A stretch of 42,854 bases of DNA from a virus, in the IMG/VR virus record IMGVR_UViG_3300009773_000002; one strand, given 5' to 3'. Position numbers and translations under genes: made by a program. The notes under the pieces were generated by a model. It was not told where the DNA came from. It was given only the letters and a program-made list of their open reading frames with translations, and made no database searches. Shown one piece after another: positions 34,739-42,391 of this stretch; position 1 is the first letter of the stretch; every line of letters starts with the position of its first letter.

Positions 34739-35311
34739 TTATTTTGCGCCTTTCTTTTGTGCGACATGCGTTGTAACGACCGCCGGCTCTTCTTGATATT
34801 GGCGAGAATGTTTTTCTTCTCCGGCAAATAAACTTTGCTCTGCTTTACCTGCCTTCAAAACGTCGCACATATCTTTGAGTTCCTCTGCGGATGCGTGCTT
34901 AACGATTTCCGGCGCCATCCCATGCTCAAGATAATATTGCTTCATTTTTTGAGCATCAAGAATTTCTTGTTCAGTCGGGGCAGGCTTTTGATAAAAAGAA
35001 AACACAATCTCATGTTTCGGGAACGCCCCGATAATTGCCTTGCGTCCTTCTTTTGTCACCGAGGCCGGATCGTGGATATAAAACCCGATTAAGCGTTGGC
35101 GGCGTTCAGACAGGCATCCATAAAACCCGTACTTCTTAATAAACCCCAATATTTTAACGTTCCCCCCATAAAAAGAGTTTTGTCGCAAGTTTAAGTCTGC
35201 AATCTTTGTTGTTCCTCCGTCCACACAATTCCAATGGTGCTCCTCGCCGTTTAATATCGGCGTTGGGATTATGTGCGGAAAATAAATTTTGTTTGTTTTT
35301 GTGTCGTACAT
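34739..35311 (-). CDS. Hypothetical protein (190 aa)
   Basis: Track ORF. AAGGAGG RBS. Followed by its own terminator. Confidence 0.7.
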   Translation of the reverse strand: MYDTKTNKIYFPHIIPTPILNGEEHHWNCVDGGTTKIADLNLRQNSFYGGNVKILGFIKKYGFYGCLSERRQRLIGFYIHDPASVTKEGRKAIIGAFPKHEIVFSFYQKPAPTEQEILDAQKMKQYYLEHGMAPEIVKHASAEELKDMCDVLKAGKAEQSLFAGEEKHSRQYQEEPAVVTTHVAQKKGAK

Positions 35312-35347
35312 GTTTTTCCTCCTTAAATTTCTTCGAATTAATATTAA

Positions 35348-35875
35348 TTAGGAGCGTATGGAATTGCCCGAAGAATTAACAATTCCCACTCCTTTTGCGC
35401 TTATAACCGTTGCCGCTTCTTCTAGCCGCTTCATTTCTAACGCGCTCTTGCGCATCATGGAAAGAGCAATCATATCCACCGAGTTCATTACCACAGAAAT
35501 CGAATCTTTGGGTACTTTATTCTTTAACTCCATGACAAGCCATTCGCGAAACGTAATCGGGTTTTTCGTTATTGCTCCGCATTTATCTGAAACACATCCG
35601 CATCTCGGTATTGATTTTCCGTTTTGTTTAATCGGCGTGTGCGGAAGCGCAAGTGTTTCACATTTCCCGCATACAGGATAATTCAAAATAAGCATCGGGT
35701 TCCCGCCGCGCATTACCAAGATTTCCATGAGTTTGTTATCTTGAAATATTTTTTTAGCAAAAGCCGGGTATACCTCCATGAGCGCATTATATACTCCGCG
35801 CGATCGCGGATCGTCGTTGAGCAATGACCTATACATTGCGGCTCGATATTGGTCTGCACTATTCGTTACATCCAT
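35348..35875 (-). CDS. Hypothetical Cys-cluster protein (175 aa, CGKC...CGC...C)
   Basis: Track ORF. Its start overlaps the portal stop by 1 nt. Confidence 0.7.
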   Translation of the reverse strand: MDVTNSADQYRAAMYRSLLNDDPRSRGVYNALMEVYPAFAKKIFQDNKLMEILVMRGGNPMLILNYPVCGKCETLALPHTPIKQNGKSIPRCGCVSDKCGAITKNPITFREWLVMELKNKVPKDSISVVMNSVDMIALSMMRKSALEMKRLEEAATVISAKGVGIVNSSGNSIRS

Positions 35876-37791
35876 TATAGTTGTAGCCTCCTAGAGTCTT
35901 GCGCAAGCGGTACCGTTCCCATCAGGTTGGACGGTTGAGTTCGAACTCTTGATCCTTGCGGCTGAACGACTTCGCCGGAATTGCCGAGCGGATTGATTTG
36001 GTTTGCGTTGAGCAGTTGATCGGCTTCCGACATAATGCTTTCTGACTTCAACTTAAACCCGAGTATCTGTTCCATTTTTTCGCGAGCAACCGTTGCCTCC
36101 ATAAACGGCTTAACCTGTCCGTCGCGATCCATTACGTTTAACTGCATCAAGGAAACAATCTGATTAAATTGGTCATTCTTCCCGCGCGGGAATCCTGCGG
36201 CAAGTTTAACGCGGACATCGAAGTCTAGGTCAATAAGGACGGCTTCGCCCGTGTTTTCGTCAACAACTGTTTCGTAATCGACGATATCCATTCCCGGCTC
36301 GGACTGCTTTGCCTTTCTCCGCTTTTCTGCTTCTTCCCCAAAGGCCGGAGTAACTGCGGGCATTTTTGCAAGAGAGGGCATATCAAGCCATATCGAAGAT
36401 TCTTGTTCATCATCGGCAACATCCCTAAATTTAGTAATCCAAAACGGAATCTCCCACTTCTCTAAGCATAGTTGCAGGCAATACCGATCGCACCATGCCA
36501 TCGCATCTTGAATGTCCGACGCTTTATCTTTTATGCCGACCGACCCCTGCGAGAGTTGTCCGCTTATTTGTGTGGCTGTTGCCGAAACTCCCTGCTGATA
36601 CCCTGTCATAATATCGGAAAATCGGGACATTCTCTGCGCCTGTTGTATGTTAAATTGCATTGCTTCCATTATAACTGGATTGATTCCCTGCCCTTGTACG
36701 ACAAGTATGTTGTTGCGCGGGTCTTTTACAAGGATCGGGTGGGAGGGATCAGAGTCAACATCCTCCACGTTAATCTCGGAGTCGGGATCAATATATGTTT
36801 TTGCTTGCGCGTTATGCCGCGCCGCGACTTCAATTTCATCGGCAAGTCGGTTCTGATATATCTGAATATACTTGAGCATTTGCCCGTCACCAAACCCATA
36901 GAATTCATTTTCGTGTGGCATCATCCGCGCCATGTAAAACGGATACTGATTGCCGACCATGTTATAAAACGGTTTTTGGGGATTTGATTCGCGAAGAATA
37001 AACCCGGAGGAGTCCATTTCAATAAGTTGCAAATTGCCATATTCATTTGTTCTCGTCCATACGTGAAGAAGAACAAACGTATCGGTATCGTCCCGTGTAA
37101 TATTTTTATTGCTATTGATTGGATATTCAAGCGAAACGGCTTCGGCATATTCATCGCCGTATTCTTTTCGCGCCCACCCAATGCTTTTTTGACCAATCTC
37201 GTGAATGATATAATCCGCAAACTGTAAATCTTTTGGGTCTTTTATCTTGCCATCTACCAGAACCTCTCCGATTGAAGGCAATGTGATGCGCGGATAAACA
37301 GAAGGTCTGTTTTTGGCTGTTGAAAAACTCTTTTCAAGCATTATGGCAATCCAAGAGTTTCCTACGATTTCATATTTGCGTGTAAAGTCCTTATAGTGCC
37401 TCGGCGCATTATTCAATGAACGGCAATACGCGCCTGCGGCTTCAATCTTATCTAAATACCTGCGGTGAAGCGGATTGTTTGAATAATAGTTATAATCTAT
37501 TTCCGACTCCATCATCATTGCCGTTTGCCCCTCGACAATCGGGGTTATCAACGGAATAACATTACACGGAAAAGACCTGTCATTAACAACGGGATCGCGT
37601 TTACAGGAATACAACTTCATGATCGAATCAAATTCTTCAATAAGGCTTGCCAACTCGCCCTTTCGAACGCGATACTTCTCGGCATAGTATTGTCCGCGCA
37701 GTCGTTGCTCGTCCGTCATTAGCGCTGTGGCGCTTGTTGTCATTTCCCTTTTGAAAACATCTTCGGGTATTTTTGTTTTTTGAACTACCAT
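35875..37791 (-). CDS. Portal protein candidate (638 aa)
   Basis: Called on size and its position downstream of the large terminase. GGGAG RBS. Confidence 0.65.
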   Translation of the reverse strand: MVVQKTKIPEDVFKREMTTSATALMTDEQRLRGQYYAEKYRVRKGELASLIEEFDSIMKLYSCKRDPVVNDRSFPCNVIPLITPIVEGQTAMMMESEIDYNYYSNNPLHRRYLDKIEAAGAYCRSLNNAPRHYKDFTRKYEIVGNSWIAIMLEKSFSTAKNRPSVYPRITLPSIGEVLVDGKIKDPKDLQFADYIIHEIGQKSIGWARKEYGDEYAEAVSLEYPINSNKNITRDDTDTFVLLHVWTRTNEYGNLQLIEMDSSGFILRESNPQKPFYNMVGNQYPFYMARMMPHENEFYGFGDGQMLKYIQIYQNRLADEIEVAARHNAQAKTYIDPDSEINVEDVDSDPSHPILVKDPRNNILVVQGQGINPVIMEAMQFNIQQAQRMSRFSDIMTGYQQGVSATATQISGQLSQGSVGIKDKASDIQDAMAWCDRYCLQLCLEKWEIPFWITKFRDVADDEQESSIWLDMPSLAKMPAVTPAFGEEAEKRRKAKQSEPGMDIVDYETVVDENTGEAVLIDLDFDVRVKLAAGFPRGKNDQFNQIVSLMQLNVMDRDGQVKPFMEATVAREKMEQILGFKLKSESIMSEADQLLNANQINPLGNSGEVVQPQGSRVRTQPSNLMGTVPLAQDSRRLQL

Positions 37792-38114
37792 TTTTCATCT
37801 CCCACGCTTTCACCGTAAGGCACGTGTGCCTTAATGATTCTGTTCCCCTTGTTTTTGCGCCGCTGATATTCTCGATACTTCTCATAAGACAATTTGCCGT
37901 CGGCGGTCTTGAACTGCGCCTCTGCCTCTGTTTTTTCACGCGATGATAGATGTGTTTCCGTGTTCATATTAATTATTTGTTGGCAAAGGAGATTGATTTT
38001 GTCAATTTGCCGAATCATTTTTCGAACAAGATACAAGGAATATAAAAGACCAAGCATGAGTAACAATATGCTGAATAGAGTAACCGCAAAATAAATGCTA
38101 ATATTCTCGATCAT
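37785..38114 (-). CDS. Membrane-anchored small protein (109 aa) between terminase and portal
   Basis: N-terminal ISIYFAVTLFSILLLMLGLLYSLYLV. GAGGG RBS. Overlaps both neighbours. Confidence 0.6.
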   Translation of the reverse strand: MIENISIYFAVTLFSILLLMLGLLYSLYLVRKMIRQIDKINLLCQQIINMNTETHLSSREKTEAEAQFKTADGKLSYEKYREYQRRKNKGNRIIKAHVPYGESVGDEKW

Positions 38115-39717
38115 ATTTTAACCCTCGCGCTTTAGATGGAAGTTTATATTTCTCGCCCATAAACCGTCTTCCTTTCATGTATGCCCGCGCTTCCTTGTAA
38201 GTGCAAACCTTATCGTTAATCATCTGTAAAAGCGTTTCCGGATAAATATCGCCTTCTAGTTTTTTCCTTTCAGCAACTTCATATGTTACCTGCTGTTCTC
38301 TGCCTTGAAGGGCGATTGCAAAAGCCATGACCAAATCATCATGTGCGCCTGCCTCTGCTCCCCACCATATTCCCTTTGTTCTTTTGACTTGCCGCGTAAA
38401 CGTTAGCATTTCATTAAGCGTTGCTATGTCGTTTATACAATGCATGTGCGTCTCTGTCCAATCCTTAAAAACATAAAGGCTCAACATGCGGTTTCCTGCC
38501 GTAGTTCTATACCCATATTTTCTTTCAAGCGCTCCGTCTCGCATTTCATCCGGTGAAACAGATCGCCTATAAATATTATTATACCCTAGTTCGCGAACGC
38601 GATGCAATAGAAACGCGCCATCAAAGTTTATTTCTGGAACAAGCAATGCTTCATTATAGTACATTCCAAGCCCAAATATTTGTAGAACGCAAATATCCGG
38701 GGATTGAATCGAGTGAAAAACGGCGACTTGTTCGCCTGTAATATTATCAATAACATGAGCGGCAAAATAATCCACACCTTCGCCTGCGGTATCTACGGAA
38801 AGGACATATGGATGCTTGGGATGCGGCTTACGGTAAATAGAAACATCTCCGGAACCATCCGTGAAAAACTTAAATGATCCCGGAAGCACTCGATCGTTAT
38901 CATCCATGTCATAGGCAAATTGTCCCTTAAGCGGCGGCGACTCTTTATGTAATACGTTCAACTCCTGCAATCGCGCGGCAATTTTATTCGAACTAAATAC
39001 GGTTTGCCCCGTTACGCCCCATTCGCCCAAACAATAAACCTGATACCGATAAGGATCATCATATTTAAGGCTTTCTGTTTTTTGGCGATACGCATCATTT
39101 AAAAACGCGTTGTCTCTATGTGTACTGTGAACTACAAGTGCATCTTTGTCCCTGCAAAACACATTTACAAACTCAAACAGCCAATGCTGTCGATACGTTG
39201 GGTTAAATGAAAGAATCAGGGAACATTTTTGGTGCTCGTCGCGGATACGTCCGTCAATATCGCGAATGTTATCTCGCGACTCTTCCTCCGAAACCTCTTC
39301 ATACCATACGTCGGTAAGATTTCCCTTCTCCGGCTTAAACGATTTAATATTCTCAATCTTGTCTACGCCATCAAAATAAATCGAGTTCCCGTTCACAGTA
39401 TTTCTCAAAATATGATCCGAACGGTTGACATTCCAAAAGGGCGTTAATTTTAATTGTTCAATCGCTGTAAGCATCTGCCCCCAACAAGAATCATAGCAGT
39501 CCGTTGATTGCTTACGCAAACAGATCATGTTTCGCCCCGCGATTGTTGTCAACTGCAATATCTTCTTTTGGCATACGAAGACCGATTTCCCCGATCCTTG
39601 CCCGCCGTAATACACTTCATACTCATGAATCTCTTGCAGATACGGCAAATATTTCTTGTTAAAGATTTTTGGGTCAATATCAATCGATATATTTTGCGGA
39701 AGTTTTGGGTTACGCAT
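38098..39717 (-). CDS. terL: Terminase large subunit, PBSX/XtmB-like (headful type)
   Basis: Walker A YGGQGSGKS. Start at MRNPKL after GAGGA, overlapping the upstream stop (ATGCGTAA). The track ORF extends to 39762. Confidence 0.85.
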   Translation of the reverse strand: MRNPKLPQNISIDIDPKIFNKKYLPYLQEIHEYEVYYGGQGSGKSVFVCQKKILQLTTIAGRNMICLRKQSTDCYDSCWGQMLTAIEQLKLTPFWNVNRSDHILRNTVNGNSIYFDGVDKIENIKSFKPEKGNLTDVWYEEVSEEESRDNIRDIDGRIRDEHQKCSLILSFNPTYRQHWLFEFVNVFCRDKDALVVHSTHRDNAFLNDAYRQKTESLKYDDPYRYQVYCLGEWGVTGQTVFSSNKIAARLQELNVLHKESPPLKGQFAYDMDDNDRVLPGSFKFFTDGSGDVSIYRKPHPKHPYVLSVDTAGEGVDYFAAHVIDNITGEQVAVFHSIQSPDICVLQIFGLGMYYNEALLVPEINFDGAFLLHRVRELGYNNIYRRSVSPDEMRDGALERKYGYRTTAGNRMLSLYVFKDWTETHMHCINDIATLNEMLTFTRQVKRTKGIWWGAEAGAHDDLVMAFAIALQGREQQVTYEVAERKKLEGDIYPETLLQMINDKVCTYKEARAYMKGRRFMGEKYKLPSKARGLKYDREY

Positions 39718-40282
39718 ACGAATCCTCGCAATCTGTATCCACGGAGTACGGAACTCCGTCAAGCGTTACGCGTATGTTCGTTTGAATATTGGTCTGTTGT
39801 TGAACATTATCCTTATACTCTTCTTTTCTTGCCTTTAACGCGAATTTTTTCAGATCAGAGTTCCGAGGGTTCCCAATCGCCTCTTTCCAGACTTCATCTT
39901 CCAGATCGTCCGCCTGCATCTCCTTAATCGCCTGCAAACAAATCCCGTAAATACTATCATTCCCGCGCATTTTTGCCCATATCGTCGGGACAATCCGGTC
40001 AAGACCCAACTCCGCGCACGCCTCTTGGTTGCTCAACCCCTCTGAAAGTAGCGTTAAATATTTTTTTTGCTCGCCGTTAAGCAAGTCCTCCGGTTCGTCT
40101 TGCTTATTCATTTCCAATCGCTTTTTACGGTATTCCGTCATTCCATATCGTATGATTAATGGCTCACCTTCCAGATCATCTTCCCGAATAATAGGCGTAA
40201 GGGGAGCCGCAACAAGGCGATTATCCCCTGCGATCTCCCCTTCTTCTTCGATTATCTCTAAATCCAAGAATTCTTCTGTCAA
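39710..40282 (-). CDS. terS: Terminase small subunit candidate (190 aa, TTG start)
   Basis: HTH LSEGLSNQEACAELGL and KFALKARKEEY pattern. AAGGAG lies 8 nt before the TTG. Immediately upstream of terL. Confidence 0.55.
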   Translation of the reverse strand: MTEEFLDLEIIEEEGEIAGDNRLVAAPLTPIIREDDLEGEPLIIRYGMTEYRKKRLEMNKQDEPEDLLNGEQKKYLTLLSEGLSNQEACAELGLDRIVPTIWAKMRGNDSIYGICLQAIKEMQADDLEDEVWKEAIGNPRNSDLKKFALKARKEEYKDNVQQQTNIQTNIRVTLDGVPYSVDTDCEDSYA

Positions 40283-40294
40283 AAGCGCGTCTCC

Positions 40295-40507
40295 TTATCT
40301 GTTTCGCACGCATCTACCGCTCTGCCAAGCCGCACATTCTTCCTTTAAGCAATCATGAAAATGTCTTGTGCGGGTGTATCCGGTATCATTTGCCGTTAGG
40401 TGTAATCGATCGGGCGTACCGTCTGAATTTTCTACGTCCATTGCCTGATATCTTGCCGGATGTGGATGTGCCGTTTCAATCGTGTTCCAAATATACGGGC
40501 ATTTCAT
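40295..40507 (-). CDS. Hypothetical protein (70 aa)
   Basis: Track ORF. GAAGGAGGAG RBS. Confidence 0.65.
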   Translation of the reverse strand: MKCPYIWNTIETAHPHPARYQAMDVENSDGTPDRLHLTANDTGYTRTRHFHDCLKEECAAWQSGRCVRNR

Positions 40508-40544
40508 AAAAATTCTCCTCCTTCGCCATTATAACATCTTAGCC

Positions 40545-40580
40545 CTTAAACACAAATACGTCGTGCCATTTGCACGACGT
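40545..40580 (-). terminator. Intrinsic terminator between the XRE operon and the packaging genes
   Basis: Stem ACGTCGTGC (40558-40566) / GCACGACGT (40572-40580), loop CATTT. The minus strand continues ATTTGTGTTT. Confidence 0.7.
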
Positions 40581-40640
40581 ACCTGCCTTGAGAGGTGATG
40601 GAGGGAGAGAAGAGTGTGAAGCCTATTTCTTCCCGCCATC

Positions 40641-40669
40641 ATATTACCACCTAAGGACAGGTACGTCAA
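40641..40669 (-). promoter_or_regulatory. Sigma-A-type promoter candidate (TTGACG-17 nt-TAATAT) immediately upstream of the terminator
   Basis: Minus-strand TTGACG is top-strand 40664-40669. TAATAT is top-strand 40641-40646. The spacer is exactly 17 nt. Confidence 0.5.
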
Positions 40670-40675
40670 CAAAGG

Positions 40676-41029
40676 TTATCCGCTTCCTTCCAAAATCTCT
40701 CGTATCGCCTGTACCTGCTCCTCTGTAAGAGAATCCATCTTCGACTTTAGCCAAATTGCCATGAGTTTCTTTTGGATACTTGCCCCGCGAAGTGATATCT
40801 CTACCTTCTCAATCTCCGCAAACCGCAACAACTGTACCGTTGTTACATCTAAATTATACAGCCGAAGGATCTTGTCGGTAAGTGTAGATGGAACCTTACG
40901 CCTGCCGCTCATTACAAAACTAAGAAACCCGGCGGATACCCCCACCTTGTCCGCCATGTCCTTCTGGCTCTCTCTCGCCTGAAATTGTATCTCGCGCAAT
41001 ATCTCCCCGTATTGTGTCATTCCCTCCAT
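40676..41029 (-). CDS. XRE-family helix-turn-helix regulator (117 aa)
   Basis: QKDMADKVGVSAGFLSFVMSGRRKVP HTH pattern. AGGAGG RBS. Confidence 0.8.
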   Translation of the reverse strand: MEGMTQYGEILREIQFQARESQKDMADKVGVSAGFLSFVMSGRRKVPSTLTDKILRLYNLDVTTVQLLRFAEIEKVEISLRGASIQKKLMAIWLKSKMDSLTEEQVQAIREILEGSG

Positions 41030-41044
41030 GCCTGCCTCCTTCTC

Positions 41045-41164
41045 CTACTCTTTCTTCGTCCCTTTATTCTTCATCCGCGCAATTAATTCGTACTGCTCTT
41101 TCGTTATCTCAATCTCCTCGCCCGTCCGTGCATCCTTATAGTAATACTTCCGCTCTTCCTTCAT
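41045..41164 (-). CDS. Small charged protein (39 aa, MKEERKYYYKDARTGEEIEITKEQYELIARMKNKGTKKE)
   Basis: AAGGAGGGG RBS. Fills the gap between flanking genes. Below the track cut-off. Confidence 0.5.
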   Translation of the reverse strand: MKEERKYYYKDARTGEEIEITKEQYELIARMKNKGTKKE

Positions 41165-41176
41165 CTGCTCCCCTCC

Positions 41177-41428
41177 TTATAATGCCTCAAATTCTTTTCT
41201 TGCCTTTTGGATGTTCGCTTCAATTGCCTTCAGAATAATGTCTAAGACCTCTGCGCGTACTGTGCTCGGCACGTGCAAGAAGTCATAACTCCCCACAAAG
41301 GTTATAATTAAATCCTCCTGGCGCATCTCGCTTTGTTCCAGTATTTTTGCATGTTCCTCTCTCATGCCTTCCCATTCCGCTATCGCCTTTCTTGCCCCAT
41401 ACGCTTTGTTAAACTTTTCCTCGTTCAT
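41177..41428 (-). CDS. Hypothetical protein (83 aa)
   Basis: Track ORF. Its start abuts the upstream stop. Confidence 0.65.
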   Translation of the reverse strand: MNEEKFNKAYGARKAIAEWEGMREEHAKILEQSEMRQEDLIITFVGSYDFLHVPSTVRAEVLDIILKAIEANIQKARKEFEAL

Positions 41429-41623
41429 TTACTTGCCCTCCACGTTCATGTCCTCTCCCGTCGTCACTAAATGCGCCGTCCGCTTCATCTCCTCAATCTC
41501 ATACGGGTTCCGCGTCCACGCTATACTCACCGCCTCCCGCGCATCATACGGCACTAGTACCTGTATCGTTACCCCCTCATGTACCTGCACTATCCCTTCC
41601 GTGTAATCTTCTACAATAGCCAT
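41429..41623 (-). CDS. Hypothetical protein (64 aa)
   Basis: Track ORF. AGGAG lies upstream. Confidence 0.6.
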   Translation of the reverse strand: MAIVEDYTEGIVQVHEGVTIQVLVPYDAREAVSIAWTRNPYEIEEMKRTAHLVTTGEDMNVEGK

Positions 41624-41638
41624 CGTCCTGTACTCCTG

Positions 41639-41854
41639 TTACTTGAATTCAACCGTTCCTTTACCCGATAGTATTACTGATTCCCATTCGCTTAAGTTAA
41701 TCTCAATCTTTCTCTTATTCTTCTCCGAAACGACCTCTAATCGCCTCTCTTTGTCCACTAACTTTTTTTCCGCTCTCTCCATTGCCTCAACCACTTCTTC
41801 CGCCTCCTTCTTGTCCGTTATTCGTATGTCATGACCAATGCTCGATGTTGCCAT
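41639..41854 (-). CDS. Hypothetical protein (71 aa), first gene of the leftward arm
   Basis: Track ORF. GGAGGGAGGAAAGAGG RBS. Confidence 0.65.
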   Translation of the reverse strand: MATSSIGHDIRITDKKEAEEVVEAMERAEKKLVDKERRLEVVSEKNKRKIEINLSEWESVILSGKGTVEFK

Positions 41855-41884
41855 GCCTCTTTCCTCCCTCCGTTATCTAGCCCA

Positions 41885-41913
41885 AGTATACCGCATTATC
41901 CTAGAGAAGTCAA
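41885..41913 (-). promoter_or_regulatory. Leftward promoter P_L (TTGACT-17 nt-TATACT)
   Basis: Minus-strand TTGACT is top-strand 41908-41913. TATACT is top-strand 41885-41890. CTAGGATAA / CTAGATAA direct repeats lie in the spacer and just downstream. Confidence 0.6.
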
Positions 41914-41962
41914 GATGGTTCGGCGAGAAAAATAGCGAGCGGGAAGTATATATAAATTTGGA

Positions 41963-41994
41963 GGGGGGGGGCATCAGTCCGCCGTAGCCCCCCC
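41963..41994. repeat. G9 tract and C7 tract forming a potential hairpin in the divergent control region
   Basis: G run 41963-41971, then catcagtccgccgtag, then C run 41988-41994. Confidence 0.8.
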
Positions 41995-42046
41995 GTATAT
42001 GATGAAGGGCATACAAGTAATCATACAAAAAAGAAAAAAATTAACA

Positions 42047-42106
42047 CCGGCTCAAAAAAATAGCATTACAATCATACAACCATGAGCCGGATCAGGACGA
42101 TCCGGC
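42047..42106 (+). promoter_or_regulatory. Two mutually exclusive hairpins sharing GCCGG
   Basis: CCGGCTCA (42047-42054) pairs with TGAGCCGG (42083-42090). Alternatively GCCGGATC (42086-42093) pairs with GATCCGGC (42099-42106). Confidence 0.45.
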
Positions 42107-42112
42107 GCCTAC

Positions 42113-42144
42113 TTGTGCAACATGCACAATAAAGTTTGTGCAAT
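42113..42144. promoter_or_regulatory. Operator-like sites: perfect 7-3-7 palindrome TTGTGCA-ACA-TGCACAA plus half-site TTTGTGCAAT
   Basis: Read directly. A second set is at 1011-1052. Confidence 0.6.
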
Positions 42145-42151
42145 CTGTCAA

Positions 42152-42179
42152 TTGTAATCGGCTGTGGACGTGCTACGAT
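42152..42179 (+). promoter_or_regulatory. Putative early promoter P_E1 (TTGTAA-16 nt-TACGAT)
   Basis: Same 8-bp offset from the operator half-site as P_E2. The match to consensus is weak (4/6 and 4/6). Confidence 0.35.
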
Positions 42180-42229
42180 TGAGGCAGATGAACGAAAGCA
42201 CAAGCCCTAGCAGGGCAGAAAGGCACAAA

Positions 42230-42373
42230 ATGAAACGCAAAAATAATGTAATTGGTATTGACGGAATGGTTAGGGCAATGCAATTGTACGGGTTTGAACA
42301 TGATGAAATAATGTCAATGCGGCAAGCAATGGTAACGGGCGATTTTTCAAAAATCCAGTTTGAATCAAATTGA
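42230..42373 (+). CDS. Small hypothetical early protein (47 aa, MKRKNNVIGIDGMVRAMQLYGFEHDEIMSMRQ...)
   Basis: ATG in frame with track ORF 42164-42373. It is preceded by AGAAAGGCACAAA, the same context as the ATGs at 42474 and 1133. Confidence 0.55.
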   Translation: MKRKNNVIGIDGMVRAMQLYGFEHDEIMSMRQAMVTGDFSKIQFESN

Positions 42374-42391
42374 CAACTAGTCCGTCGCTTT

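Noticed and set aside
40676-41428. HigBA/RelE-type toxin-antitoxin pair (a small ORF upstream of the XRE HTH)
   Set aside because: The 83-aa upstream protein looks all-helical and lacks RelE/HigB-like features. A 39-aa ORF intervenes, and the context fits a regulatory or anti-defence operon better.
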